Below, in pieces: positions 47,523 to 59,174 of a stretch of 64,000 nt of DNA. The first letter of the stretch is position 1, and every line of letters starts with the position of its first letter. The position numbers were made by a program, and so were the translations under genes. The DNA comes from Bacillales bacterium UBA4100 (GTDB taxonomy: Bacteria > Bacillota > Bacilli > Paenibacillales > UBA4045): contig DFXU01000007.1 of assembly GCA_002383285.1 (NCBI GenBank), positions 2,712 through 66,711 of the forward strand, given 5' to 3'. The notes under the pieces are model-generated. The model was given only the letters and a program-made list of their open reading frames with translations, had not been told where the DNA came from and did no database searches.

Positions 47523-48282
47523 TCAGTTGCTCCCCTTTCCCATTGAGAATTTGCTCATTGGAAACCAACACAACCGTTACATTGTCTTCTCCACCAGCCT
47601 CAAGGGCACGTTCAATTAGAAGGTCAGCTCGACCCTCTAATGATAAATCCATATTCAGAATTTCCACCATAGAAGATTCAGATAATAAATTACTTAAGCC
47701 ATCTGTGCATAACAAAAGAATATCGCCTTGATACCATTCCGTATGACCGATATCAGCTTCGATTGTCTGATCTGTCCCAAGCGCTCTTGTTATTACATTC
47801 CGTCTTGGATGGAGATTCGCTTCCTGTTCACTGATCTGACCGGTTTTTAATAATTCATTCACTAATGAATGATCCTCGGTAATCCGATTAAGCTGGCCCT
47901 TGTGTAATAGGTAAGCTCTACTATCTCCGATATGGGCAATTGACAAGCGATTTTTACTCATAATTCCGATAACGAGTGTGGTTCCCATACCGAGAAATTC
48001 TGTGCTTTGAGAAGCTTTGTTGTAAACTTCAGTATTCGCTCTATCAATGGCCTGCATCATCGCCTCTTCCCATTGCTTAACAGACATCTCATGATGTATT
48101 GCAGACAATTCACGCTGCAACACATCAATCGTCATCTGACTAGCAACATCTCCAGCTTTATGACCACCCATTCCATCAGCTAACAATGCTAACGTCATCC
48201 CGTTCAAATCTGAACTCACCGCGGCGCAATCCTCGTTCACCGAACGGATACGGCCAATATCCGTCTTATAGGCCGTCCTCAT
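47509..48282 (-). CDS. prpC: PP2C-type Ser/Thr phosphatase
   Basis: Contains [14 protein letters not shown] and CTDGLSN motifs. It is coupled to rlmN upstream and prkC downstream through overlapping ends. Confidence 0.93.
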   Translation of the reverse strand: MRTAYKTDIGRIRSVNEDCAAVSSDLNGMTLALLADGMGGHKAGDVASQMTIDVLQRELSAIHHEMSVKQWEEAMMQAIDRANTEVYNKASQSTEFLGMGTTLVIGIMSKNRLSIAHIGDSRAYLLHKGQLNRITEDHSLVNELLKTGQISEQEANLHPRRNVITRALGTDQTIEADIGHTEWYQGDILLLCTDGLSNLLSESSMVEILNMDLSLEGRADLLIERALEAGGEDNVTVVLVSNEQILNGKGEQLNDRT

Positions 48283-49373
48283 CGTTGCTCCACCTCAGCT
48301 GACTCCATGTGCTTGGCTCGAAGCTGGCCGCAGGCTGCGGCTATATCTCCACCTTGTTCACGGCGTATAGTTGCATTCACTTTTTTGTTCTCCAATATTC
48401 GTTGGAATTGGAAGATTAGATCTCTCGGTGTCTGCACATAATTCCGTTCTGGCACATAATTAACTGGGATTAAATTAACATGGCATAGTATACCTGACTC
48501 ATTCAATACGTCTGCCAATTCCTCTGCGTGCTCTGGTTGATCGTTAACTCCCCCAATTAATGCATATTCAAAGGTAATGCGACGTCCTGTCTTATCCCAA
48601 TAATACTTCAGTGCTTTCATAACCTCGGTGAAAGGGAATCGGCGATTAACTGGCATCAATTTAGAACGCAGCTTATCATTCGGTGCGTGTATAGAGATGG
48701 CCAGGTTAATCTGAGTGTTCTCATCAGCAAATCGATAGATATTAGGAGCAATTCCACTTGTGGAGACTGTAATATGGCGCTGACCAATATTCAAGCCCTT
48801 CTCATGAATCATAACTCTAAGAAAATTCATCAATGCATCATAATTTTCGAACGGCTCTCCTATTCCCATAACGACAATACTACTCACTCTTTCATTCGTT
48901 GGGTCAAGCAATTGCTGGCATTTCACGACCTGCGCTATGATCTCACCTGGTGTTAGATCTCGCTTCAAACCACCGAGAGTAGAAGCGCAGAATGTACAGC
49001 CTACACGACATCCGACCTGTGTAGTTACACATACGCTGTTACCATAGTTGTGCTTCATGAGCACTGTCTCTATTGCATTGTCGTCTTGTAATTGGAATAA
49101 GAATTTGACAGTTCCATCAGCCGATTGCATGCGAGTTATTTCCTTAAGCGTTACAAATTCGAAATGTTCAGCTAATCTTTCTTGCAGCTCTTTAGGCAGA
49201 TTTGTCATATCTTCAAATTGGTTTACTCGTTTTACATACAACCAATCGAATATTTGACCCGCACGGAATTTAGGAAGATCATTCGTCTTCATCCAATCCT
49301 GCAGCTGCTCTAATGTTAAATCATAAATAAATGGTTTCATCTCATCACAATCCCATTCCAAGAATACATACAT
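48279..49373 (-). CDS. rlmN: 23S rRNA/tRNA m2A methyltransferase RlmN (radical SAM)
   Basis: Carries the [10 protein letters not shown] radical-SAM cluster. The start is uncertain (ATG 49373 or ATG 49337). Confidence 0.9.
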   Translation of the reverse strand: MYVFLEWDCDEMKPFIYDLTLEQLQDWMKTNDLPKFRAGQIFDWLYVKRVNQFEDMTNLPKELQERLAEHFEFVTLKEITRMQSADGTVKFLFQLQDDNAIETVLMKHNYGNSVCVTTQVGCRVGCTFCASTLGGLKRDLTPGEIIAQVVKCQQLLDPTNERVSSIVVMGIGEPFENYDALMNFLRVMIHEKGLNIGQRHITVSTSGIAPNIYRFADENTQINLAISIHAPNDKLRSKLMPVNRRFPFTEVMKALKYYWDKTGRRITFEYALIGGVNDQPEHAEELADVLNESGILCHVNLIPVNYVPERNYVQTPRDLIFQFQRILENKKVNATIRREQGGDIAAACGQLRAKHMESAEVEQR

Positions 49374-49423
49374 CCTTATAGTCTGGCTTAACTATTCTAT
49401 TTTATCACATTAGCTTTACTGCT

Positions 49424-50848
49424 TTAAAGGGCTTGTTTAATAAGTCTGGCAATAAAGAAGCCGTCAGACTGATATTGATGCGGCAATATTTGGAGCATGC
49501 CTTCTCCAAGGAAGCTCCGAGACAAGGCTGGAAACTGATGATTCAAGTTGTTATCTAAAGCATAATCTGGATGTTTCTCTAAAAACTGACTAATCACAGC
49601 TTGGTTTTCATCATACTCTAGGGTACATGTACTATAGATAAGCATTCCACCAGGCTTTAGCAGATTATGTATATTGTCCAGAATACGAATCTGAATTTCT
49701 CGAATTTCCGTAATATCACCTTCTTGCTTTGCCCACTTTAGATCAGGCTTGCGTCGAATAACACCAAGACCAGAACAAGGTGCATCTAATAGAATACGAT
49801 CAAACATATGATCAACATAATCACTACCTAACAAGCGAGCATCTCCAATCCTCGTTTGTATGGATCGAATGCCTAAGCGCTCAGCTTGAGCATCGATGAG
49901 CTGCTTCTTATGCTCATGAATGTCATTGGCAATTATGGAGCCTTGATCATTCATAAGCTCAGCCATATGAGTTGTCTTCCCCCCTGGTGCCGCACAGCAA
50001 TCCAGTACCTTCTCACCCGGCTGTGGATCAACAATTCTCGCCACGAGCATTGAGCTTTCGTCCTGAATGGAGATATCACCTTCTTTGTACCATGAAGATA
50101 GAGCCATATTACCGCCACCTTCAACTACGATGCCGTCAGGTGCGATAGCTGATCGTTCAGATGAATATCCATTCTCACCTAGCAGTGTAAGAAACTTATC
50201 GGTGTTCATCTGAATTGCATTCACTCTTACGCTTGTATGCGGGGGCTTATTATTCGACTCGCAGATCGCTCTTGTTTCACTTTCGCCGTATTGATCTAAC
50301 CAGCGACTCACAATCCATTCTGGATGAGAGTAAGTGAGTGCAATCGATTCAATGATCGGAAGATCCGTGGGAATCTGCAGCTTCTCAGGCTGACGCAGCA
50401 TATTGCGCAGAACTGCATTAACCATACCAGAAATCCCTTTGTGGCCTCTTCGTCCTGCAATCTTTACAGCTTCATTCACTGCTGCATGATGTGGAATTCG
50501 ATCTAAATAATGAATCTGATACAAGCTTATCCGCAACAGGCTTCTAACCCACGGCTCAAGCTTGTCTAATCCCTTACTCAAGAAACGAGTAAGCAGGTAA
50601 TCAATCGTATTCAAACGTTGTATGGTGCCGTATACCAGTTCTGTTACTAATCCAGCTTCACTACGAGGTAATTTTTCTCTAAGTAACACTTGATTCAAGG
50701 CAATATTACTATACGCTTGCTGTTGTTCAACACGAACTAACACATCCATTGCTAGCTCCCGAGAGGACTGTGCTGATTTCGAATCACTTGCTGAACTTGT
50801 GGATTTTGTCGGTTGAGGTGACTTATGTCGCCGCTTTAATTCCTTCAC
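49424..50848 (-). CDS. rsmB: 16S rRNA m5C967 methyltransferase
   Basis: Has a NusB-like N-terminal domain and the catalytic motifs DAPCSGLG and YSTCT. Confidence 0.92.
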   Translation of the reverse strand: MKELKRRHKSPQPTKSTSSASDSKSAQSSRELAMDVLVRVEQQQAYSNIALNQVLLREKLPRSEAGLVTELVYGTIQRLNTIDYLLTRFLSKGLDKLEPWVRSLLRISLYQIHYLDRIPHHAAVNEAVKIAGRRGHKGISGMVNAVLRNMLRQPEKLQIPTDLPIIESIALTYSHPEWIVSRWLDQYGESETRAICESNNKPPHTSVRVNAIQMNTDKFLTLLGENGYSSERSAIAPDGIVVEGGGNMALSSWYKEGDISIQDESSMLVARIVDPQPGEKVLDCCAAPGGKTTHMAELMNDQGSIIANDIHEHKKQLIDAQAERLGIRSIQTRIGDARLLGSDYVDHMFDRILLDAPCSGLGVIRRKPDLKWAKQEGDITEIREIQIRILDNIHNLLKPGGMLIYSTCTLEYDENQAVISQFLEKHPDYALDNNLNHQFPALSRSFLGEGMLQILPHQYQSDGFFIARLIKQAL

Positions 50849-50853
50849 TACTC

Positions 50854-51813
50854 TTATGCACCTCCGTTTAACACATTACCAACCCTCATACGGCCATTCT
50901 TCACAAATTCAGAAACCGGCATCCGTGTTTTGCCTGCAGGCTGAACCTCAGTCACTGTAATTGTTCCGTCACCTGTTAATATATCAATACCTGTTGGAGA
51001 TAAATGTATGACCGTACCTGGTGCAACAGATGTACCCAATCTTTCATTCCGTATTGTATCATCGGGCTTCAAGCAAGCCCATATCTTCAATACCTCATCG
51101 TTCCATAGTGTGTAAGCACCTGGCCAAGGGCGCAAAGCACGAATATGATTGAAAATCTGAATGCTTGAATCAGACCAATTCAACATCTCGTCTGCTCTAC
51201 TTATGACTCGGGCATAGGTCGCCTCAATATCGTTCTGCGGAGTTGCCAAGCAACGGCCCGCTATAAGGTCGGGTAAAGTTTGTTTGAGTAGACTGGCGCC
51301 TACAACGCTAAGCTTATCAAACATGGATCCGGCATCATCTTCGTCTTCAATTGGAATTTCAATCCTGCTAATCATGTCACCAGTATCCAAGCCCTCAGCC
51401 ATATACATGATCGTTATACCCGTAATCTTCTCACCTTTCATAATGGCATATTGAATAGGCGCACCACCGCGGTATAGAGGCAGCAGTGAACCATGAATAT
51501 TAATACATCCAAGTCGAGGAATAGTTAATACTGATCTTGGTAAAATTTGTCCATATGCAGCGGTTACGATCAGATCAGGCTCATAGGCTGCAATCACATC
51601 GGCAACCGCAGGATCACGCATGCGTTGTGGTTGATACACAGGAAGCTGATGACGCTCTGCTTCCACCTTCACAGGAGACGGTGTCATTAGCTTCTTACGA
51701 CCCTTGGGTCGATCTGGCTGGGTAATGACCGCAACAATATGATAGCCTTCCTCTACTAACATCCGAAGTGAAGGAACTGCGAATTCCGGTGTACCCATGA
51801 ATATAATATTCAA
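50854..51813 (-). CDS. fmt: Methionyl-tRNA formyltransferase
   Basis: Contains IIFMGTPEFAV and HGSLLPLYRGGAPIQ motifs. The probable start is TTG 51813, 7 nt after GGAGAG; the ORF-track ATG at 51834 would overlap def by 17 nt. Confidence 0.92.
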   Translation of the reverse strand: MNIIFMGTPEFAVPSLRMLVEEGYHIVAVITQPDRPKGRKKLMTPSPVKVEAERHQLPVYQPQRMRDPAVADVIAAYEPDLIVTAAYGQILPRSVLTIPRLGCINIHGSLLPLYRGGAPIQYAIMKGEKITGITIMYMAEGLDTGDMISRIEIPIEDEDDAGSMFDKLSVVGASLLKQTLPDLIAGRCLATPQNDIEATYARVISRADEMLNWSDSSIQIFNHIRALRPWPGAYTLWNDEVLKIWACLKPDDTIRNERLGTSVAPGTVIHLSPTGIDILTGDGTITVTEVQPAGKTRMPVSEFVKNGRMRVGNVLNGGA

Positions 51814-51817
51814 ATAA

Positions 51818-52300
51818 TCACTCTCCTGGCTCATCAGGCGGAATTTTATAAACCGCTTCGGCTATATCCGTGAATAGAATACCGTTTAGATGATCGATTT
51901 CATGTTGGAATATACGTGCAAGATAACCGCTTGCCTCTATAATAATTTCATTGCCATCCCTATCCAAACCTTTAACCGTAATGTTCAGCTTACGATTAAC
52001 ATCGCCATTCAAACCCGGGATGCTTAGGCAACCTTCAGCTCCAAGCTGATCGCCATCAGCGCTTAGAATTTCTGGATTTATACACTCAATAAGCTCAGTC
52101 TCACCATCATGAGGATCTAGAACAATAACACGCTTCTGGATTCCAATCTGCGGGGCCGCTAGACCAACTCCACCTGCATCATACATCGTATCTGCCATAT
52201 CGTTGAGCAGCTTTACGATATTAGACGTTACTTTTGGTACTGGTTTAGCAATTTCACGTAATATCGGGTCTGGGTCTTTAACTATAATTCGGATGGCCAT
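51818..52300 (-). CDS. def: Peptide deformylase
   Basis: Contains GVGLAAPQ, EGCLS and HEIDH motifs. Confidence 0.95.
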   Translation of the reverse strand: MAIRIIVKDPDPILREIAKPVPKVTSNIVKLLNDMADTMYDAGGVGLAAPQIGIQKRVIVLDPHDGETELIECINPEILSADGDQLGAEGCLSIPGLNGDVNRKLNITVKGLDRDGNEIIIEASGYLARIFQHEIDHLNGILFTDIAEAVYKIPPDEPGE

Positions 52301-52315
52301 TATTATCCTCTTCCC

Positions 52316-54808
52316 TTACATTAAAGATTGTGGATCTACATCAACGCTAATTAACAATTTATCCTTATGAACATGCTCACTAACAGAGGCTAGTGCTTTC
52401 CGCATCCACTCTGCAATGGGAAGCTCTCCCCGATATTTTACCACGCACTGGTAACGATATCTATCTTTTAAACGAGCAATCGGTGAAGTTACTGGTCCTA
52501 ACACCTCAATATATTGCTCCGAGAGACGATTTATTAACGTGCTCACGTTATTCATTAATGCCCATGAACGCCAATTTTCATATACGCATCTTACTAAGGT
52601 CTCTCCAGCACGCACCAATAATGGGATTTGTTCATGTGCAAGTGTGATTAAGATGAGATGGCTGTATGGTGGATAAGCTAGCTGCTTACGATAATGAATT
52701 TCCGTATTGTAGAACGCACGATAATCATGCTGCTTCGCATTCAACATGCTATAATGCTCGGGGTTATATGTCTGGATGAACACCTCGCCAGGGAGCTGGT
52801 GTCGTCCTGCTCTTCCTGCTACCTGTGTAAGAAGCTGAAATGTCTTCTCAACCGAACGGAAATCAGGCAGATTGAGCACTGAGTCAGCGGCGATTACCCC
52901 GACAAGCGTTACATCTGGAAAGTCTAACCCCTTGGCAACCATCTGAGTTCCAAGTAAGACATCTGCTTGGCGATCTCGAAACATGTTCAGCCACTTCTCA
53001 TGCGCACCCTTCTCATTCGTAGTGTCAACATCCATCCGAATAACTCGAATGCCTGGGAATTGCTTAATGAGTTCCTCTTCGACCTTCTGAGTACCCGTGC
53101 CAAAGTGGCGAATATGCTCGCTTCCACAGGTCGGACAGATTTGCTGCTGCTTCTCTGCATAGCCGCAATAGTGGCAACGAAGCATCTCCGCCCTCTGGTG
53201 ATAGGTCAATTTAATCTCACAATGCGGACAGGCAGCAGTATAACCACAGGAACGGCAGAGCACGAATGTTGCATAACCGCGGCGATTCAGCAGTAGGACC
53301 ATCTGCTCCTTCCGTTCTATGCGCTGCACAATGCCATTGAATAGCTGACGGCTAAACATCGATCGATTACCGTTCTTCAGCTCTTCACGCATATCTACGA
53401 TTTCAACTGCGGGTAACGGACGACCCTCCACCCTATATTCCATAGAGAGTAACACCGTCTGATCATCTTCTCGCCTCGCGCTGTAATAGGATTCAATAGA
53501 GGGTGTTGCCGAACCTAGAATAACTACTGCACCATGATATAACGCTCTCTCGGCCGCAACATCTCTTGCGTGATACTTCGGACTTTCTTCTTGCTTATAG
53601 GAGGATTCATGCTCTTCATCAATAATAATTAATCCGATTTCTGTAAGTGGAGCGAACACGGCTGAACGAGCGCCAATTACAACGCGAACCTGCTTGCGCT
53701 GAATTTTGCGCCATTCATCATACCGCTCCCCTTGTGATAATCGGCTATGCAGCACGGCTACTAAATCACCGAACCGTCCCTTGAAGCGATCAACCATTTG
53801 TGGTGTGAGAGCAATTTCAGGAACGAGCACGATGGCCTCTCTACCAAGCTCGAGACAACGTTGTATGGATTGCAGGTAAATTTCAGTTTTACCACTTCCC
53901 GTCACACCATGGAGCAAAAAAATTTGTCTCTCCAATGATTCCAATGAGGCAACTATAGGCTCATAAACCTGCTGCTGCTCCTCTGTGAGAATGAGTGGGC
54001 TTGTACGAGCGAATGTCTTGCCTTCGTACGGGTCCCTCATCATCTCAACATCACTGATCGTGATCCAACCCTTCTCAGCTAATGATTTCACAGTTCCCGA
54101 GCTAATCTGAAGCTTCTGGGTCAGCTCTGCCATTGAGATCGGTTCTGGGTTTAAATCGAAGAAGGCTAGCACATCCTTCTGTCGCTTGGAGCGTAATGGA
54201 ATTTGCTCCATATAACTGGGGATAGCACCCAAATCGCTTGGTGGAAATACCGTTTGTCGTTTCTTGGGCTGCATACGATCTTTAACGGTTTGTCTTTCAC
54301 TGATTAGACCACGACGAATTAACCCCTTAACTACAAGCTCATTTCCTTGAAACTGATCAGTAAGCGCGGTAAATTCAACCTGTCCCTTCTGTACAACATA
54401 TTCCAATATCGCAAGCTCGGTAGATGTAAGCTCACAAAGTGTGAGATCAGATGAGACAGCAGATAAGATACGCTCATACTTAGCCTTAAGTGCCCCAGGA
54501 ATCATTGCTTGAAGCGCAGTGATCTCATGGCACATATATTTATTGCTCATCCAACCGGACAGCTCTACCAGCTCTGGCGTTAATGGAGGAACTAGATCTA
54601 ACATCTGCGCAACCATTCTGAGCTTCTTAGGATCAACTTCACTAATTTCTTGTAACGCAACAACAAAGCCCTGAATTATTCTAGGGCCGAAGGGAACGCC
54701 AACTCGACTGCCTACCTCGATCCATGACTCCCACTCTGGAGGCACACCATAATCGAAAGCACGATTCGTCTGTTTAGCTGGGACATCTACAATTATCTTT
54801 GCTATCAT
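52316..54808 (-). CDS. priA: Primosomal replication-restart helicase PriA
   Basis: 830 aa with GVTGSGKTE, IIDEEH and a Cys-rich zinc-binding insertion (CRSCGY..CPHC..CHYCGY..CPTCGS). Confidence 0.95.
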   Translation of the reverse strand: MIAKIIVDVPAKQTNRAFDYGVPPEWESWIEVGSRVGVPFGPRIIQGFVVALQEISEVDPKKLRMVAQMLDLVPPLTPELVELSGWMSNKYMCHEITALQAMIPGALKAKYERILSAVSSDLTLCELTSTELAILEYVVQKGQVEFTALTDQFQGNELVVKGLIRRGLISERQTVKDRMQPKKRQTVFPPSDLGAIPSYMEQIPLRSKRQKDVLAFFDLNPEPISMAELTQKLQISSGTVKSLAEKGWITISDVEMMRDPYEGKTFARTSPLILTEEQQQVYEPIVASLESLERQIFLLHGVTGSGKTEIYLQSIQRCLELGREAIVLVPEIALTPQMVDRFKGRFGDLVAVLHSRLSQGERYDEWRKIQRKQVRVVIGARSAVFAPLTEIGLIIIDEEHESSYKQEESPKYHARDVAAERALYHGAVVILGSATPSIESYYSARREDDQTVLLSMEYRVEGRPLPAVEIVDMREELKNGNRSMFSRQLFNGIVQRIERKEQMVLLLNRRGYATFVLCRSCGYTAACPHCEIKLTYHQRAEMLRCHYCGYAEKQQQICPTCGSEHIRHFGTGTQKVEEELIKQFPGIRVIRMDVDTTNEKGAHEKWLNMFRDRQADVLLGTQMVAKGLDFPDVTLVGVIAADSVLNLPDFRSVEKTFQLLTQVAGRAGRHQLPGEVFIQTYNPEHYSMLNAKQHDYRAFYNTEIHYRKQLAYPPYSHLILITLAHEQIPLLVRAGETLVRCVYENWRSWALMNNVSTLINRLSEQYIEVLGPVTSPIARLKDRYRYQCVVKYRGELPIAEWMRKALASVSEHVHKDKLLISVDVDPQSLM

Positions 54809-54814
54809 AGGCAG

Positions 54815-56029
54815 TTACTCCATTATGCCAGGCTTAGGAATAGCTATTCGCTTGGCGACTAATTCCATGACATGCCGGGCAACCTGACGCTTGTCCATGA
54901 GTGGAAGTGACACAACTAAACCTTGCTCATCGAACAAGGAGACGATATTCGTATCGCCACCAAAGCCAGCTCCTGGTAAAGTCACATTATTCGCAACGAG
55001 CAAATCACAACGTTTGCGTCTCAGCTTATCCATTGCATATTGCTCCATATGTTCGGTCTCAGCAGCAAAGCCCACAATGAACTGCGTGGTCTTACGCTCT
55101 CCAAGTAATTGTAGAATATCGGGGTTCTTAACTAACTGAAGCTCTAAATGATCATCACTCTTCTTCATCTTATTCGTGGCAATCTCTGCAGGTCTATAAT
55201 CTGATACAGCCGCCGCTTTGATTACGATATCAACATTATCGAATCGTGCTAAAGCCTCGTCGAGCATTTGTTGAGCTGATTCGACATGAATGACCTCTAC
55301 TCCAATGGGTGGCTTCAGTGTCGTTCGACCAGAGATTAATGTAACCTCAGCACCTAATGATTTAGCGACCTCAGCGAATGCATAACCCATCTTGCCCGAG
55401 GAGTCATTCGTCAGATATCGGACAGGATCGATCCGCTCAATTGTTCCTCCTGCAGTGATTAGTACCCGTTTGCCCTGTAATGGCTGCTGATCGGATAATA
55501 ATTCCTTAATCCGCTCGAAAAGCTCCTCTGGTTCAGCCATCCGACCTTTACCTACATATCCACAAGCAAGCTGACCTTCTCCCGGATCGAAGATATGAAC
55601 TCCCCGGGCTTGAAGAATGGCCAGATTATGCTGTACAGCTGGATGGTCGTACATATGAACATTCATTGCAGGCGCAACTAATACAGGTGCCATAGAAGCA
55701 AGCACTGTAGTTGTTAGCATATCATCCGCAATACCATTCGCCAGCTTCCCAATCACATTCGCAGTTGCGGGTGCGATGATGATGAGGTCTGCTGCATCTG
55801 CGAGATCTATATGCTGAACACTCGATGGATCACGCTCATCGAAGGTATCTATTGCAACAGGATGACGAGATAAGGTTTGGAAGGTAAGTGGCTGAACAAA
55901 TTTTGTAGCTGATGCCGTCATAATCACTCGAACGTTTACACCCGCTTGAGCAAGCTTGCTACACAAAGTTGCTGCTTTATAAGCAGCAATTCCACCAGTA
56001 ATACCAAGAATGACTGTTTTCCCCTTCAT
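54815..56029 (-). CDS. coaBC: Bifunctional phosphopantothenoylcysteine decarboxylase/synthetase
   Basis: Has the flavoprotein N-terminus ILGITGGIAAYKA and a CoaB C-terminal half. ATG 56029 follows AAGGGAAGGGG; the ORF-track start is 56083. Confidence 0.92.
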   Translation of the reverse strand: MKGKTVILGITGGIAAYKAATLCSKLAQAGVNVRVIMTASATKFVQPLTFQTLSRHPVAIDTFDERDPSSVQHIDLADAADLIIIAPATANVIGKLANGIADDMLTTTVLASMAPVLVAPAMNVHMYDHPAVQHNLAILQARGVHIFDPGEGQLACGYVGKGRMAEPEELFERIKELLSDQQPLQGKRVLITAGGTIERIDPVRYLTNDSSGKMGYAFAEVAKSLGAEVTLISGRTTLKPPIGVEVIHVESAQQMLDEALARFDNVDIVIKAAAVSDYRPAEIATNKMKKSDDHLELQLVKNPDILQLLGERKTTQFIVGFAAETEHMEQYAMDKLRRKRCDLLVANNVTLPGAGFGGDTNIVSLFDEQGLVVSLPLMDKRQVARHVMELVAKRIAIPKPGIME

Positions 56030-56129
56030 AATAAGTAGACCCCTTCCCTTAAGGAACATAGAAAGGTGAACCTTTCGGTTCACCCTAGTTATTTATAAAT
56101 GGTGGTTAAATCTTCTGATCAATAAAGAA

Positions 56130-56327
56130 CTACTCTAATCTTTCGTAAACGACATGCTCATTATAAATTTCTTCAAGAGCAACACCAACATACTTGTGTG
56201 ATTTGGGTACTTGCATCTCCGTCTTACTACCGTCTCTTAGCATTCTCGCTCTTCGAGAAGCTGCAACTACAAGTGTATATTTGCTATCTACTTGCTCTAA
56301 TAACTTATCAATTGATGGGTATAGCAT
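56130..56327 (-). CDS. rpoZ: DNA-directed RNA polymerase subunit omega
   Basis: 65 aa starting MLYPSIDKLL..SKYTLVVAASRRAR, sitting between gmk and coaBC. Confidence 0.93.
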   Translation of the reverse strand: MLYPSIDKLLEQVDSKYTLVVAASRRARMLRDGSKTEMQVPKSHKYVGVALEEIYNEHVVYERLE

Positions 56328-56331
56328 AATC

Positions 56332-56940
56332 TCACACCTCCGCGATCCATTTTTGTACTTGGGGCATCATTCGTTCTCTCTTAGAATGCTCCGCAGTAAT
56401 TATAGCTTGAATTCTACCACATGCTGAGTTAATCTCGTCATTCACAACAGCATAGTCATATTGCTCCAGGAGTCTTAACTCCTCGACTGCTACATTCATA
56501 CGTTCTCGAATCGTTTCATCTGATTCCGTACCCCGATTTGTAATGCGACTCTTTAATTCCTCTAACGAAGGTGGAAGCAGGAATATAAAGACGCCTTGAG
56601 GAAATCGCTCTTTAACCTGCAAAGCGCCTTGGACCTCAATTTCCAGAATAATGTCCTTGCCATTATGTATAGTCTCATTCACAAAGCTACGAGGTGTTCC
56701 ATAATAGTTACCAACATACTCTGCCCATTCCAGAAGATCATCATGTTCGATCATCTGACGGAATTGGTCTTGGGATTTGTAGAAGTAGTTAACGCCATCC
56801 TGCTCACCTTCTCGTGGTGTTCTAGTAGTGGCAGAGACTGAATACACGATGTCAGGATTGCAGATACGCAATGCCGAACATACTGTACCTTTGCCAACAC
56901 CCGAGGGTCCTGATAATACGATCAATAATCCTTTACCCAT
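56332..56940 (-). CDS. gmk: Guanylate kinase
   Basis: Contains the [10 protein letters not shown]-loop. The start is ATG 56940 or the adjacent ATG 56943; the ORF-track GTG is at 56952. Confidence 0.93.
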   Translation of the reverse strand: MGKGLLIVLSGPSGVGKGTVCSALRICNPDIVYSVSATTRTPREGEQDGVNYFYKSQDQFRQMIEHDDLLEWAEYVGNYYGTPRSFVNETIHNGKDIILEIEVQGALQVKERFPQGVFIFLLPPSLEELKSRITNRGTESDETIRERMNVAVEELRLLEQYDYAVVNDEINSACGRIQAIITAEHSKRERMMPQVQKWIAEV

Positions 56941-56955
56941 CATTTCCCTCACAAG

Positions 56956-57216
56956 TTATTCGTCTTGATCGTCATCCTTGTTGGATAAACGATGAGCTAC
57001 TGTTTCTGGTTGAACGGCAGACAATATGACATGATCGCTGTCTGTAATAATAACAGCCCGTGTTCTTCTTCCGTAAGTTGCATCGATGAGCATATGCCTA
57101 TCTCTAGCTTCTTGAATAATTCGTTTAATCGGAGCTGATTCTGGGCTAACAATCGATATAATTCGATTCGCCGAGACAATATTACCAAACCCGATGTTAA
57201 TAAGTTTAATTGCCAT
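56956..57216 (-). CDS. remA: Extracellular matrix/biofilm regulator RemA (YlzA)
   Basis: 86 aa starting [38 protein letters not shown]. Confidence 0.9.
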   Translation of the reverse strand: MAIKLINIGFGNIVSANRIISIVSPESAPIKRIIQEARDRHMLIDATYGRRTRAVIITDSDHVILSAVQPETVAHRLSNKDDDQDE

Positions 57217-57320
57217 TTTACCATTTCCTCCAGACTAATTAAACTTTAACGAGTTAGATCGCAATAAACCATTACCTTATTTTATAGTATTTTGTATATG
57301 GGTACAAGTACCTTAAGGAT

Positions 57321-59174
57321 TTATGAATGAAGCGGCGCACTTTCCCATACATAACTCGTTAAATCTACAGACATTTCATAATTCAAGAATGGTGTAATCA
57401 GATAAATCCCATTAAAGAGAGGCATAGCAACATCTAGTAGCTCCTTAGCGATTTGAATACCCATCCTACGACCTTCATCCTTCTCTAAACCACTCATCCT
57501 GCGGCGTACTTCCTCGGAAAGCTGGATTCCTGGAACTTCATTGTGAAGATATTCCGCATTCCGCCCAGTAGCGAGCGGCATAATACCAATGAATATCGGT
57601 ACGTTCAGATGTCTCGTCATCTCATACACGCGTTCCATGAGGATTGGATCATATACGGGCTGAGTCATAATATAATCCGCGCCTGCCTCTATCTTCCGTT
57701 CGAGCCTCAAGATTGCTTTATCAAGATGCTTCACGTTAGGATTAAATGCTGCACCTACAATAAACTTGGCCCTCTGCTTCAACGGTTTTCCAGAGAATGC
57801 AGTGCCTAAGTTCAATTGCTTGATCATGCGGATTATCTCGAACGATGTCAAGTCATATACAGAGCTAGATCCTGGTAGATCACCAAATTTCGCTGGATCT
57901 CCAGTTACTGCTAGCACATGGTCAATACCAAGCGCGTCCAATCCCATTAAGTGTGATTGTGTTCCAATCAGATTACGGTCTCGACAAGCGATATGAATCA
58001 ATGGGCGAATACCCAGTTTATCTTTGAGTAATGAGCCTAAAGCCAGGTTACTCATCCGAGTTACTGCAAGTGAATTGTCCGCCATCGTTATCGCATCAGC
58101 TTGAGCAGCCTTAAGAGCCGCTGCACCTGTCATAAACTTAGTGATGTCCAAATCACGAGGTGGATCTAACTCCACAATAACCGTATGTCGTTTCTTCACA
58201 AGCTCTAGTATGGAAAGCTCTTCACTCTGTGTCGATTTAGCTTCCTTGCTATTCAGCGGTTCGGTTATTGTAATAACCCTGCTTCGCTCTTCACTATATA
58301 CGTTGGGGGTATACTTAGTAAGCACCTCTGCTATCGCTTGAATATGCGCTGGCGTCGTTCCGCAGCAACCACCAATAACGCGAGCACCTAAGTCTGCAAA
58401 GCTTAAAGCACTCTCAGCGAAATATGCTGGTGTAGATACATAATGATAGCGGCCATCAACATAATCTGGGATACCTGCATTCGGAAACACGGAGATTGGG
58501 AACTGTGGAGGTACAATCGTCTTCTCCAACACTCGCATAATTCCATTAGGACCCGTACGGCAATTAAAGCCTACGACATCAGCCCCTGCGGCTATCAACT
58601 GTTCGAAAGCATCCGATACCAGAATTCCATCGTAGGTTCTACCGACATCCTCCATTGCAAGCTGACAGATTACTGGTATATGGCTAAGTTTACGGGTAAT
58701 GTGTAAGGCTAATAAAATCTCATTCAGATCGAAAAAGGTTTCTAGTAAGATTCCATCTACTGCCGATTCAGTTAAAATCTCAATTTGTTGTGTAAAGTCA
58801 GCCTCAATCTGTGAGGTCCGTATATTCTTCCGTTTACCTGCACGAATGGATCCTACCGATCCAATTACATATGCATCATTCCCAACAGCACGACGGGCGA
58901 TCTCGACGCCAGCACGATTAATCTGCTCAACATCAGCCTCTAGCCCAAATTTGGAAAGATGCTCTCGATTAGCGGAATACGTATTAGTTTCGATAAACCG
59001 GGCGCCTGCTTCATAGTACTCACGATGAACTCTCTCAATAATCTCCGGTTGGGATATATTAAGCTCTTCATAGGAAATACCAACGGGGAAGCCAATCTGA
59101 TACAAGTATGTACCCATTGCACCATCTCCAACGAGTATACTGTTGCTTAATTTCTCGCGTAAATCTGGTTTCAT
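57321..59174 (-). CDS. yitJ: Bifunctional homocysteine S-methyltransferase / 5,10-methylenetetrahydrofolate reductase
   Basis: 617 aa. The N-terminal half is a Hcy-binding domain (GGCCGTTPAHI) and the C-terminal half is MTHFR-like. Confidence 0.88.
   Translation of the reverse strand: MKPDLREKLSNSILVGDGAMGTYLYQIGFPVGISYEELNISQPEIIERVHREYYEAGARFIETNTYSANREHLSKFGLEADVEQINRAGVEIARRAVGNDAYVIGSVGSIRAGKRKNIRTSQIEADFTQQIEILTESAVDGILLETFFDLNEILLALHITRKLSHIPVICQLAMEDVGRTYDGILVSDAFEQLIAAGADVVGFNCRTGPNGIMRVLEKTIVPPQFPISVFPNAGIPDYVDGRYHYVSTPAYFAESALSFADLGARVIGGCCGTTPAHIQAIAEVLTKYTPNVYSEERSRVITITEPLNSKEAKSTQSEELSILELVKKRHTVIVELDPPRDLDITKFMTGAAALKAAQADAITMADNSLAVTRMSNLALGSLLKDKLGIRPLIHIACRDRNLIGTQSHLMGLDALGIDHVLAVTGDPAKFGDLPGSSSVYDLTSFEIIRMIKQLNLGTAFSGKPLKQRAKFIVGAAFNPNVKHLDKAILRLERKIEAGADYIMTQPVYDPILMERVYEMTRHLNVPIFIGIMPLATGRNAEYLHNEVPGIQLSEEVRRRMSGLEKDEGRRMGIQIAKELLDVAMPLFNGIYLITPFLNYEMSVDLTSYVWESAPLHS

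Noticed and set aside
57217-57320. Searched the yitJ-remA and yloB-dapF (60008-60100) spacers for an S-box/SAM-I riboswitch
   Set aside because: Both spacers are about 100 nt or less and lack the conserved SAM-I core sequences. Only promoter-like and RBS-like elements are visible.
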